Of a stretch of DNA of 59,607 nucleotides, positions 37,840 to 50,663 are shown in pieces (positions within the stretch are counted from its first letter, which is position 1; every line of letters begins with the position of its first letter). This DNA comes from Octopus bimaculoides (Eukaryota), in the NCBI RefSeq assembly GCF_001194135.2, contig NC_068998.1:24917765-24977371 (forward strand), given 5' to 3'. The notes under the pieces were generated by a model. The model worked only from the letters and a program-made list of their open reading frames with translations, had not been told where the DNA came from and did no database searches. Made by a program: the position numbers and the translations under genes.

Positions 37840-38576
37840 TGATGGTGGAGTATATAGAGTCCTTACTTGATTTTCTAAAATGCACCATTAATGTTCAATG
37901 ATATTAAGATCTGGGAACTGTGGTGGCGAGATAAGATGTTCAACTTCACTAGAATGTTCCTCGTGTCATTCAGTAACAACTTTAGCTCTGTGAATTTGTG
38001 CATTATCATCCCGAAAGATTGCATTCTCCTCCGGAAACAGTTCCCAACCATAGGATGTATTTCATTAGATAAAATGCTTAAATAGTCTTGACTATTAATC
38101 CTGCCATGAAGGGAAACTATCGGACCGGCGGATTTCCAAAATATACCCACCAGATTATCACAGATCCTCCTCCGTGTTTAACAGTTGGAAGAAGGCAGTC
38201 TGGGTCAAATGCTTCTTTGGGTTGTATCAACACCTATACTCGGCCGCTTGTTGGAAATAAGGTAAAGGATGACTCGTCCGAGAAAATAACATTCTTCCAC
38301 TGATCTAGGAAAAAATTCTGTAAGTTTCTATTCCACTCTAAAAGCTTTGTAATATTTGTTTTTGAAAGTAGGGGTTTTCTGATTGCAGCCCTCCCGTGAA
38401 ATCCTCCTTTGTGCAGCTCCCAGCGAACAGTTTTTGTGGAAACTGGGTTATCGAGGTGGTCATCAAGCTCTGCAGTAATTTTGGGAGCTGTACTTTTATG
38501 ATCCTTTCTAACAATTCGCGTAAGTGTCCGACGGTCCATATCTGAAAGTTTAGGTTTTCTTCCGGAGTTTTGTTTC
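37840..38576 (-). mobile_element. Tc1-family (DD34E) transposase fragment
   Basis: KPLLSKTN, WKNVIFSDESSF, TVKHGGGSVIIW, DNAQIHRAKVV, PPQFPDLNIIEH. Frameshifted, with both ends lost in gaps. Confidence 0.9.
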
Positions 38577-39151
38577 NNNNNNNNNNNNNNNNNNNNNNNN
38601 NNNNNNNNNNNNNNNNNNNNNNNNNNNNNNNNNNNNNNNNNNNNNNNNNNNNNNNNNNNNNNNNNNNNNNNNNNNNNNNNNNNNNNNNNNNNNNNNNNNN
38701 NNNNNNNNNNNNNNNNNNNNNNNNNNNNNNNNNNNNNNNNNNNNNNNNNNNNNNNNNNNNNNNNNNNNNNNNNNNNNNNNNNNNNNNNNNNNNNNNNNNN
38801 NNNNNNNNNNNNNNNNNNNNNNNNNNNNNNNNNNNNNNNNNNNNNNNNNNNNNNNNNNNNNNNNNNNNNNNNNNNNNNNNNNNNNNNNNNNNNNNNNNNN
38901 NNNNNNNNNNNNNNNNNNNNNNNNNNNNNNNNNNNNNNNNNNNNNNNNNNNNNNNNNNNNNNNNNNNNNNNNNNNNNNNNNNNNNNNNNNNNNNNNNNNN
39001 NNNNNNNNNNNNNNNNNNNNNNNNNNNNNNNNNNNNNNNNNNNNNNNNNNNNNNNNNNNNNNNNNNNNNNNNNNNNNNNNNNNNNNNNNNNNNNNNNNNN
39101 NNNNNNNNNNNNNNNNNNNNNNNNNNNNNNNNNNNNNNNNNNNNNNNNNNN

Positions 39152-39190
<39 letters not shown>

Positions 39191-40934
39191 TATTCTGTAA
39201 GATCTATCATGTTCCGTTTATACCATTTATATTGCAAATGCTGATTTTCTCAATATATCATTATACTGGACCCTGATATAATGCAGAAATGGTGGACGAG
39301 GAGAGACAGGCACTGATTTTATGACTATCATAGAACTTAGCTTCAAACAGCAGTTGTTGTAGAGATACACTGCTTGCTTTGAAAGTTTGACTATACTTAC
39401 CAATATCACTACATAATTCTCACATCTTTGATACGGTGAAATGCTTTATTAAAGTTAATGTCATTACCTGAATGTCTCTAACTTTTAGGTAGATAAATGT
39501 TGATGATATTGTAACATCAAAATAATATTTACTGTATGAAGATTCCCTCACTACAAGTTCGCACATGGGTTCAACTGAATTGCACAAACTCATCTTTCTT
39601 ACTTTAGCGCTGTACTATTATGCAAGTGAATGAATATCCATGAGAGATGTTAAAAAGTATGGTCATTATCATACTTTTGCAGCAATTTCTTCTAAAAAGA
39701 GTAGCGTAGCGCAGTGTACTAACGAAAATAGATAAAACAGCTTATAAAATTTTCCTTATGCAATCTTCCAATCTCGCGAGTAGATTCAAAACGAAAAGCT
39801 TTTTCTTTTATTTTCTTCTTATTTTCATTAAGGCAATGTATGATGACTAAAGCATAGTAAATATAAAACATATCTTAGATATTTTTGCCCCGTAAGTCTT
39901 TTGTAATAAAGATAGTATAAACATGAAATAATCTCAAATGAGGAAAAAATAGCAATATTATGTTAGCACGCCTTTGGATGGTATCATCATTTGGTAACGA
40001 AAGCGTCTAACGGTAGATTGAGCCCTAGAAAGTGGGAAATATAAAGACTTGGATAATTATAGTTATAATTACTTTCGAACTGTACATGTGTAAGTGATAA
40101 AAGGTGTTACATATTAGTGCAAACACGGGGAATGAAGAAACATTGTTCAATATATTGAAATGATCTCATTCTATGAACTTTACCTTACAATTAAATACGT
40201 GTTCATCATATACCATTCTTGTTATAATTAAAATAATTTGCAGCCAATACTATATAGTATCAAGTAATGCTGTTTACCGATATACAATAACAGATAATCA
40301 GCAAACTCATTTTCCGATAGAAATAAAATAATACTTTGTCTTGCCTGTTTTAAAAGAAATTGAAAATCAATACTATCAATATTAATGAAATTTCAATTAG
40401 AACCTTTATTTCACCATATAAATACCTATTTTAGATAATCAGAGCTTAGTCTTGCATTATGTTGTCAGGATAATCGTATTTTATCGGTTACGTTAGTGTT
40501 ATCACACGGCATTACCTCTAGCATCAATGACCTCGAGCATAAACTGAGTTTACGTCATACTTTAAATTATAATTTGGCATTCAAAGAATGATTTATTTTA
40601 CGATTGTCAGCAGAAATAATTTAGTGGCAGTACAACAACAGGATTGCTTATGTGTCAAATTATTATGACAGATAATAATTTTTAGCTAAACGTCAATATG
40701 TATTCTGTTACATATATTCCTATGTTTTGAAAACAAATATTTTGATTTCAATTCAATATAAGCAACTACTTGTAGGCATATGAACAATTGAATGTTGCGA
40801 AGAGACGACAGCTGGCTCAGTTTCGCGCAGTAAATATTCGATTGTTACAATATTTTATTCATATTAGAATAGATAAAAGAACAAAAGAAAACAAAAGTAA
40901 TCATACGTAAATATATACATACATTCATACATTC

Positions 40935-40992
40935 ATGCATGCCTACCTACCTACCTATCTACCTACTTACCTACCTACCTACCTACCTACCT
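40935..40992. repeat. (CTAC)n microsatellite
   Basis: Seen directly. Confidence 0.9.
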
Positions 40993-41205
40993 TCCAGCAT
41001 ACGTACATGCGTTATATGTATATATGCATATATAGTTTCAACAGGAGATGCTCAATTCAGAAAATACGTAGCAGTGCTCAAAGGATTGGAATATACATTC
41101 CCAAATCTTTATTGAAGGCTACGTAAAGAGCAAAGAGTGGCTATAAGAGGAATCCAGGTAAGCTGGTATGGAAATAATGATACAAATATAAACACGCTTA
41201 GAAAA

Positions 41206-41207
<2 letters not shown>

Positions 41208-41262
<55 letters not shown>

Positions 41263-41343
41263 AGATAGAGAGGGGAAGAAAGAGAGAAAGAATGTGAGAG
41301 GGAGTGGAGGGAGGGCAAGAGAGAGAGAGAGAGAGAGAGGGAT

Positions 41344-41374
<31 letters not shown>

Positions 41375-41400
41375 GAGACAGAGAGAGAGAGAGAAAGAAA
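41208..41400. repeat. (AT)n plus (AG)n/(GACA) purine-rich compound microsatellite
   Basis: Seen directly. Confidence 0.9.
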
Positions 41401-43721
41401 CAAAAGCTGAAAATATTCAGACGAGAAAACATTCATGTTTATCGTCTGAATAAAAGTGTTGACATATTTCCAAAAAACAGATTTACAAGGAGTACACAAA
41501 TACAGAAAGCTAAGGAAAGCGAATATGATACTATATACCCAACAACTGTTTTTGGGGACCCCGGAATTATGTAATAGTTGTAAAGCTAACAGATGGAGTG
41601 TGCAAAAACGAAAGATGTTTAACCAATAGTGGATGCAAATAAACGTTACCGTAAATCCGGTCTCCTTCTTCTGAGTGAAGAGATTGGCATAAAATGCTAT
41701 TATATACCTATTTGAATAGTTACTCGTTTAATGTCTTCAACTAATAGAGATCTCTACTATCTATGCATATATATAATTTAGTTTATATTATATAGTATTA
41801 TCAGTATAAGTTCCACTCTACAAGTAGTGTATTCTCTGCCATGGTATTGAATATGAAGTGGAAGGACTCGAATTTATTAATGATATCTCCAACGCGGAAA
41901 TGAGAAAACAATTGGATCAATGTGGATATTATCTTTGTCTGTTCTTACCAAATAGAAGCATGCTGCCCTCCTCCCAGTACCAAAGCACTCAAATGCGTAA
42001 TAGATGGAAGAATTTCCGATGGTTTTAACCGTAATAGTTTGGGTCAGATTAAAATATAATTAGTAACTATATTACTTCGCACTGCATTTTTATAATGAAT
42101 TTAAAACATTAAACTTTTTCACACTTAATTACATATGATGTTGATAGCACAACTGTTATATTAGTATATAGTACATTTCTGTGAAAATTGTACGTGTAAA
42201 GTTAACTTTAGACAGAATGGGCGGCAAAGAGCGACACTTTCGAACTAGAGTTGCAGTTTTCATTTGAATATATATTGATGTTGAAGTGATTTAAATAATG
42301 CAGTTGTACGCCTTTTAAATTCAGAAAAAATTGCAACCGATTATAAACTTATCTTATAGTTAGAAAATCATTAGTTACTCTACATAATTTTGAGTAAGAA
42401 GATATCATTTTGGTTGTCTTAAGCTTTTGAATTGTTCTGACCGAAAAATAAGAACAAAGAGAAAAAGAACAAATAGAACAAGTTATTGATGTAACTCTAC
42501 ATAGTTTACACTCAATAAAAATTAAAACTCCAAACCTATTTTCTAATAATAAGACGTCCACAATCAACCGTTAATGATACTGTCCCATGGTAAATATTTA
42601 TTCCAAATGGTTTTTAAATATGACTTGCATGTAATATAATTATCTGTAGGGCAAGGAATCTATTTAACCAAATTAAAGTAAAACACAGATATTGACATCA
42701 CTTACTAAGATGAAGTAAACGAAGGAAGTTTTCTTGTGGCCACTTCACCCTCAAAAGTTTCCTCAAGTAATGAACTGTTGCATAACTAGGAACAGTGTAT
42801 ACAATATCTAAAAACTTCTGAAAACGGGTGTACCAAATCATGGTGGGAAAGAACCTCATTGATTATAGATAAGTTCAGTCTGACTTGACATGAAGACCAA
42901 CAACAATAAAAACTAATGTAGGGCATTGGTGAATAAAAAGTCGATAGCAAAAAATGATTTTGAAGAGTATACTTTATATCTTGAAATAACATTGATATAC
43001 AACTTCCTAGGTCGTAATTATGAAGGGGAAAAGCCGTATTGATATCAACGGAACCTAACAGAGTGTCTATTTCGTTTAAATAATACAATCTTTTGAATAA
43101 TACAATTAAAACTATTTTACTACGTAATGACCTCTCTCGTATTAGTTTTGCAATAATTTAACAAAATAGCTGATTATACATGAAAATAGAAATTTTGTCT
43201 ACCTAGATTCTGGTTTCATATCACGTCGAGATGGATGGCTTACTCTCCACTCATCAATAAAATAACATTTAAGTATACGTTTCTTTCGGTTAATTCAACG
43301 ATACTCTGAGAGTTTGCAGCTGTGTACAATAGAGAGAAACGTGTTATAATGAGTGTGAAAAATATGACTCTGTCATTATTTAGCATTACGTTAATTGATC
43401 GCTTATTAATTAGAAAATATGACTGATGTAAGCTATGAAAATACATCTTCAGCATTTTCACCTTGCAGCGAATAAGACAGCTGAGAAGAATGTCGTCTTA
43501 TAATCAAATAAAAATAATTGCCAATTGTATCAATTCATATGAAAATATAAATACATTACGGTATACATCGTGGATATCCTGTTAGCAACACAAAATCCAG
43601 TTATGAGCGAACAAGATGGCCTCTCAGCAATCGTTAGACCTGCTAGAATTAACCAACAAATTTCTCTGAAGCCATACACTACCATCTTAAATATATTAGG
43701 AACCACTCTCCAATCTTTTAT

Positions 43722-44182
43722 CTTTTACTTGTTTCAGTTATTTGACTACGACAATGCTGGAGCACCGCCTTTAGTCGAGCAAATCGTTGCCAGGCCTTAT
43801 TCTTTGTAAGTCAAGTACTTATTCTATCCGTCTCATTTGCCGAACCGCTAAGTTACGGGGTAGCAAACACACTAGCATCGGTTGTCAAGCGATGTTGGGG
43901 GACAAACGCAGGCACACAAACATATACACACACATACATATAAACATATACACACGCACACACATATATATATATGTGTGTGTGTGTCTGTGTATGTATA
44001 TATACATATATATATATACGGCGGGCTTCTTTCAGCTTCTGTCTATCAAATATACTCACAAGGCTCTGGTCGACCCGAAGCTATAATAGAAGATACATGC
44101 CCAAGGTGTCACGCAGTGGAACTGAACCCGAAACCATGCGCTTGGTAAGCAAACTACTTGCCACATAACCACTCCTGCGCCT
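43722..44182 (-). mobile_element. tRNA-derived SINE, family A, full length (~460 bp, with an internal (TG/TA) tract)
   Basis: Head AGGCGCAGGAGTGGTTATGTGGCAAG...GGGTTCAGTTCCACTGCG; body GCCTTGTGAG...GAAAGAAGCCCG; tail GGTGCTCCAGCAT...CTGAAACAAGTAAAAG. Confidence 0.9.
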
Positions 44183-44468
44183 ATATATATATATATATNN
44201 NNNNNNNNNNNNNNNNNNNNNNNNNNNNNNNNNNNNNNNNNNNNNNNNNNNNNNNNNNNNNNNNNNNNNNNNNNNNNNNNNNNNNNNNNNNNNNNNNNNN
44301 NNNNNNNNNNNNNNNNNNNNNNNNNNNNNNNNNNNNNNNNNNNNNNNNNNNNNNNNNNNNNNNNNNNNNNNNNNNNNNNNNNNNNNNNNNNNNNNNNNNN
44401 NNNNNNNNNNNNNNNNNNNNNNNNNNNNNNNNNNNNNNNNNNNNNNNNNNNNNNNNNNNNNNNNNNNN

Positions 44469-44504
<36 letters not shown>

Positions 44505-44506
<2 letters not shown>

Positions 44507-44637
44507 GTCGAGCCTCTTCAGTTTACGTCTAACAAATACACTCACGAGACTTTGCCCAAGATGCCAGGCAGTGGGACTGAACCTGGAACTAAGTTGTTGG
44601 GAAGCAATGTTCTCAATACAGAACCACCCCTGCTCCT
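44505..44637 (-). mobile_element. SINE family A, head and body
   Basis: GGTTCAGTCCCACTGCCTGGCATCTTGGGCAAAG...TGAAGAGGCTCG matches 44020-44182. Confidence 0.75.
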
Positions 44638-45317
44638 ATGTGCAAAAATGCGACAGCTTTTTTAACTAGAACGTTTTCGGTCATAGTTCCGCTTGGCCAG
44701 TGCTTAACAAACTCAATAATAACAATAAAAGCAACACTATCTGGAAATATGAACAGAGCTGACTTAATATTATTCTCTCGTAACTATGTCACTCAGAATA
44801 TTTTAAATTCCTTGTTAAGCGGATAAAACGAAATACCAAGATTGTCAATATGACTTCCTCTGAAATGCTAAGTACCTAATGTTGTTTTCTCTCTTGTAGC
44901 ACAGTTAGATGAGAACGAAAATCGAAGGCATTAAATTTCTCAACCCAGACCTTTATATATACTAAAGCTCTTATTGTGTATCTATTTTAGTTATTTATGA
45001 TGGTAGGATATGTCTTGTGGAGATGCTTCTTCTTGTTTATCACTACGCTCTGTCCGATCAAATGGAGTTATGATGAAAAGTAACCCAGGCATCATCATGC
45101 TGTTTGTTATTTTGTTCTTAGAAAATACGTGTATCCATTTCCTTTTTTAAGAGACAGTAGGGTGAAATGTGAGATCTGGTTTTTCGAGAATAGCAAGTGA
45201 GGACAGGATTGCCTTCTTTGGCTCTTAATGTCGACAAATGACAATGTGACAGGAATTTTTCATATTATATTTCTTTTATTTTTCCCAAACATGTCGATAT
45301 GTATTTCACCAAATATT

Positions 45318-45452
45318 CTTTTCTACTCTAGGCACAAGGCACGAAATTTTGGGGGAGGTGGCCAATCGATTAGATTGATTCTAGTACGCAACTGGTATTT
45401 AATTTATCGACCCCGAAAGGAAGAAAGGTAAAGTCGACCTCGGCGAATTTGA
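45318..45452 (-). mobile_element. SINE family B, 3' two-thirds
   Basis: GCAACTGGTATTTAATTTATCGACCCCGAAAGGAAGAAAGGTAAAGTCGACCTCGGCG. Confidence 0.85.
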
Positions 45453-46768
45453 AGTATTTCACTAAATATTTCAAGGAATTTATTTAAGGATTTGTTTAGG
45501 TTATTGTCTTTGAGAATTTCTATGGCAGATTTAATTCAGAATGAAATATATTTTATTTTATTTACTTATGGATTTAGAACCTATTACTTCTCCATACCCT
45601 TTTAGTCGTCAAGGATACTTGGCTGAACGATTAACTCAGATGATTGTTGGGTAAGGGACTTTGTTAATAATACTCTGATTTTCAATCGAAAGCTTTTATG
45701 TTTTTATAGGGTTTGTTGCGAGCTCAGGATCGAATAATGAACATTGTTGTCACAGAAAAAGCCCCGGTAAAATCAACGAAATTAATATTTATCCTGAGAA
45801 GTAAATGCGCTGTGTACTCTAGAAAACCGATAGGGGTTGAAAGGAAGAGGAAGTCAAAATATATGATTGCTAACTGCTACATTTGTTTATAAATCTATTC
45901 TATCGTTTTGTAATGGCTTCAATTCATACCCCAAAGTATGTTTAGAATTAAACGTACTTGTGTTAATTTACAAACACATATTTATCATATTTTGTAAATA
46001 CTTGGCAAGTGTTTGAAGAAACGTTCTATTTTACAGGAATAAATTCTCCTTAATTGTATTTCTTGTTTCTTGACGTTTCAGTAAGAATATCTGTATTACA
46101 AAATCTTCAATGAAATTCCTCTGGTGGAAAATACCAAAGTTGATAAGAGATTATGAATATGAATTTCAGCATCATAGTTTAGGATCTTGGAATCGATCAG
46201 CTTAGTAGACGAATAGCAAACAAATGAAGTTTTAGATAATATTGATATGTAGCCATGCAGTCGGCATACTTAGATATTCAGAAGTTAACATATGCTAGCA
46301 TTTCACTTGAGATGGTCGGTTATTCTTCATAAGTGTTACTGTTAAATCCCATATTGGCAGTGATCAGTCTAAATTATGAACAAAGGTGTTCTACAGGCGA
46401 ACATTTTTCTCTCTTTTCCAAAAAACTAGTTCCCTTTTTATTCATTTCCTTCCAGGTAAATTAGCAGAAAAAAAACATTATATCATATATTCCTCATCGT
46501 TAAGATAGAAGGCTTTGGCTTGAATCAATTATTGAAATGACTAGAGGCAGCGTTGCCGACTTCAGTGTAGCTTATTTCTTCTCGTAGAAACGGAAGAGGG
46601 AAAAGAGACCATGTCAAGAAGAAAGAAATATTGAAGGAGCCAGCAAATGTCTCTTGGCGTAATGTAGCTTGATGTTCCATGTAGATGACTATTGGGGACA
46701 AAATGTTCGGGAGCAGTGAAAGGTATTGTCACTGGTGGCGTCATTTATGACGTTGATTTTTAGGATGA

Positions 46769-47046
46769 TGTTGTAACGTAATTTACGATAATTTATGATA
46801 ACCAGATAACAGTAACGTAATTTAAGATAACCAGATAACAGTAAAAACAATGTAACGAACTAATAAATTACGAACCAACAATCGATATTCTTTGTGAACT
46901 AACCAACCAACACTTTCCGACTTCACTGCGAACTAACACGAACTGCACTCGACACGGAACTCTGAACTTTGAACTCACTGGATCGCTACACTTTACTCGG
47001 AGCAGTCTATCTCTGGCATGGGGGTGTCTTAACTCTCATCACAACA
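46769..47046. mobile_element. Solo-LTR-like sequence, 278 bp
   Basis: Termini TGTTGT...ACAACA form a perfect 6-bp inverted pair with TG..CA ends. There is an internal tandem duplication of AACGTAATTTA..GATAACCAGATAACAGTAA. No target-site duplication seen. Confidence 0.65.
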
Positions 47047-48250
47047 TCTCTTTTGTGATTGCAACTATTGTGAGAAAGCGGAATTTCTTTTATACTTATC
47101 TTGTTTTCTTTCCAACACCTCTCCCTCTTTTTATTTTTAGCTATTGTATTTTAATTGTTGCCTGACTTTTAAGGTAGTATTATTCGTTCACTTTTTTTCT
47201 TTTCGTTGTACCAATCACTTTTGTTAGCACTTTGCTATTTTAAATTTTATATCTTTTTCATTTAGGTATTACTTCCAGATATTTAGCCTGTTTTCGTTTT
47301 CTGAAGCTAGTTCTATGGGGTTCTATAACTCTCAGTGCTGGCACTTCAAACATATCATAGAACGCTTCCATTGGTATTAACTTTCATTCTTTTATATGTC
47401 TCATTTGTAACTTGTTATAGTGTCTCTTATGTTCCGAACGTTGGTCTTTAATTAAATACATCATGTTACCTAATATTTTGATTGCACAGCCATCTTCCCA
47501 ACATTCTTTACCATTTTTGTAATTTTTAAAATGCTCTTTATCTCCTACTTCGAAATGTTTTGTAATATGTCTTGTATTTCCTTCAAATGTATATTTTGTC
47601 TTTCTTTTAGATGTATTTTTTCTTGGCAATAATCTATCGAAGATTGATTTTATTTTACGCTCTAAAATTTACTCTCCTGGTGACTTTCCTGAATTAGTGT
47701 TTGGGTTTGATGTTATTCTATCTACTCTCAAAAATTTCGTTTGTGCCTCGCCATTATCTAGCTCGTTCCTAGCTTTTCTTAGAGCTCTTTTGAACGTGCC
47801 GACAAATCTTTCCGCCGGCCCATTTGACCTCGGGTGGTAGAGTGGGGTAAAGATATACGTTATGGAAGGTATTTTGCAGAAATGTCTTAATTCGTACCCG
47901 TGAAATGTGCTCTATTATCTGAAACTAACATGTATGAAACACCGTAACGAGGCAATTAACTCTCGTAGGAATTTTATTGTTGTCTTTACTGTGGGTTTAT
48001 TACAACTGCATACCTCTAGCCACTTTGTAGTACTGTAAGAACTATCTTCTGAGGGGAAGGAGTATTCTGCAAATTATTAGAGATCTGTTCGTCATGACAG
48101 ACATGAGGCCATGAGAGAAATGAGCTCCACAAAGGAATTTCTCGAATTTCTATGGATGGCCTTACAGCAGCATGGTACCGAGTAAGAAAGGTTCTAAAGT
48201 TCTTATAGCATTTTCCCTGTACCATTTCTTTCTTGAAATACTACAGTACG
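47047..48250 (-). mobile_element. Gypsy/Ty3 LTR retrotransposon remnant: integrase, polypurine tract and start of the 3' LTR
   Basis: TKWLEVC, PLYHPRSNGPAERFVGTFKRAL, GKSPGE, GNMMYLIK..KRHYNKL. Polypurine tract AAAAAGAGGGAGAGG (47118-47132) directly precedes TGTTGG at 47117. Confidence 0.85.
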
Positions 48251-48519
48251 ACTATGCAGGAAACACTAGAAGAATCTGAAGAATTATGGATTTTTGCTTT
48301 GTTTGGGAAGTGTGTTGGTTGTGTCACGTTAAGAATATCGGCTCAATTACCGTTGTTTATGCCATTTGTGTGTATAGTGCATTAGATTCCAAAACAGTAG
48401 GCAGAGATCGATATATATATATTCAAGGGTATTGGGTGGTCGCGTTATGGCTATCATCAGAATACCTGTTATATGGAAACTAGATTTAGAGAATGAAACA
48501 CGTAGGCTTATAGTGCAAG

Positions 48520-48720
48520 AACATCAAACTTGAGTAGAATATATTGATGTAAGTGTAGAAAATACGAAGTTATCCAATTTCTTCCCAAGCGACCTCCGAT
48601 TGCGGCATCGTTATCAACGAGAATATTAGCAGTTGTGACAGTTGAAGTCGCTGAGGACTATGATATCACAGAGAGTTGAAGTGATGTATATTTCGTTGAT
48701 ACAAGAATAGCTGTGTCCAT
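48520..48720 (-). mobile_element. Highly decayed APE-endonuclease remnant of a LINE
   Basis: IIVLSDFNCHN...GKKLDNF resembles the APE motif 'iilGDFNah...G.kl..f'. Multiple stops. Confidence 0.35.
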
Positions 48721-49211
48721 AATACTGTCATAACATGGGTATACAAGTCTGGTTTTAAATGATATTACACAAACGAATAGTTTGATGTGGTCATTTAAAA
48801 ATAACCTGTCGCAGGAATATATGTTAACACAAAACTACTCGAACGTAGGTAAGATACTTTGTTTTAACTGTTCAACTACCGACTTTTAAACTAACACACA
48901 TAGAATTAACACGGTAAACCAACACAGTCGAACTAATACCTGTTTCTGTATTTTGAGTACACAGGCTCATACAAAGAAGGGACGATACATGGACAGACAA
49001 CACAACACAATGGAGTACATGAAACATATAACGAATGAAATTATGAAATATAATGATAAAACTGAAATGAAATGTCTTACCTGCCCCCCACTCGCAGGCA
49101 GTGTCATTTAACAGTTTATGTATAACATTTAACACACAGTTCACTATTCATTTTATCTTTTTTAAAAGTCACTTTTAAAAATTTCTACTTTCATTTACAA
49201 TATATACTGTA

Positions 49212-50663
49212 TTAAATCTTCAAAGCCACCACTGGTGGCAACTCGTCAAACCGAACCTCTATCGGCGTTATTTCTATCATATCTCCAAATAGTTCCTTCA
49301 ACTTCACTCCCCTCTCTTTCTCAAACAAGACTGTTTTCAAGCCTTCGTTCTACTCATTCGCCGCTAATTTAACCCTAATTACATGTTTCATCTTGGTGAT
49401 TTTCTTCACAATTTTGATGCAATTTTCATATTTTATCATATACCGTGTTTCCTTTTCTGTACTCCTTCCTGTCTCCCGTTATTAGTTTCCTCGGGTATGG
49501 GTATCTCTTTCTTCTCTGTTTCTTTCTCGCTCGATGTTGTTGCCATCCCCTTTTTTCTTCCTCTGTTTTCTGCTTCTTCACTCTCTACTCCGTGCTAGTT
49601 ACTGGTATCGATATCTGTTTTCTCTTTGTATATTTCTCACTTGACGTTGTTGGCATCTCCGTTCTTTCTTCCATTCTTTTCTGCACGTTCGCTTTCTTCT
49701 CCCTTGGTATACCTGGTCTCACACAATAAGTCTCCTTTACGGTTTTCTTTCTTTTCTTCATCGGACTCTTACGTGGTGAGTTCGCGTTTCCCTCACTCTT
49801 TCTCTTCACCACTGTGTACCTTTCTTTCACATCTTCAACTTTCTTTTCGTCTACTGGCCTCTGCTTCTCTGCGTTTTGCACCTATTCTTCTCCTTGCTGC
49901 CTCTTGCTCCATCACCTCCTCATCGTGTTTCTGGGAACACTTAGCTTTCATGTGTCCACGTACTCAACGCCGGTAGCAGATGGGAGGTCTTCCCTCCACT
50001 ACCACTCTTAGTTTCACCTCCTCGGTTAACACGACCACTTTTATGTAGGTCCGGTAAACTGATTTGGACCGTCACCTCAAGGCTGTATCCCCAACAGTTT
50101 ACCTCTGTTATTCTTGTGACTTTCAGAATTTTCGTTTCTTCCTCCGTGTTGTAGAGGATGGCTGCCACCAGCCACACCTCGTCAATCTCCCGAGGCACTC
50201 TACCAATCCTAACTCTGGCCGCACGTTTGCCACAGCAGGTTGGCAGTAGCATCCACTCTGCCGACATCAATGGCACAGTTGAGTGTTTCATCGCTTCTTG
50301 TTGGCTCGCGAAAAGAACCTCCGCTGTGTCATACTTCTTGTCTCTAGTATAGAATGTCGTGAGGTTTTTAATGTCCGCTAGGCAATCTTCTACTGCTTCC
50401 GCTGTAGTTATTTCTATCATTCTGGTTCCTGTGGACATCGTTCTAAATATCACTTTCAGTTTAATTGTCTTCTCTGTCAGTTGGTTCGACGGGGTCAACC
50501 TCAGGATGTCAACTTCCTTTGCTATAAGTTCGTTGAACTTCTTCAATTTCTTTTCTTCTATTTTAACTTCTCTCACTTGTAATATATCAGCAGGTAATCG
50601 TTTTCCAGTGGCTGCAGCATAACTACCAACTGGAACTGGTTGGCTCTCGATCGTTTCACCCAT
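49212..50663 (-). pseudogene. LINE ORF1/gag-like nucleic-acid-binding protein pseudogene (L1/Tx1-like organisation)
   Basis: A 240-aa open frame with RRM-like content, then after a frameshift VVVEGRPPICYRR*VRGHMKAKC (damaged CX2CX4HX4C knuckle) and a K/E/R-rich tail ending at TAA 49212-49214. Confidence 0.7.

Noticed and set aside
39401-39470. Minus-strand segment with a GTAAGT donor
   Set aside because: All frames close before the donor; DINFNKAFHRI looks like an ancient RT remnant at best.
41520-41700. SGVP-containing minus-strand peptide
   Set aside because: Possibly an ancient LINE RT trace, but too degraded to support a call.
3423-44545. Long ORFs in the supplied track containing X runs or YIYI/HTHT/CVCV repeats
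   Set aside because: They are artefacts of N gaps and microsatellites, not genes.
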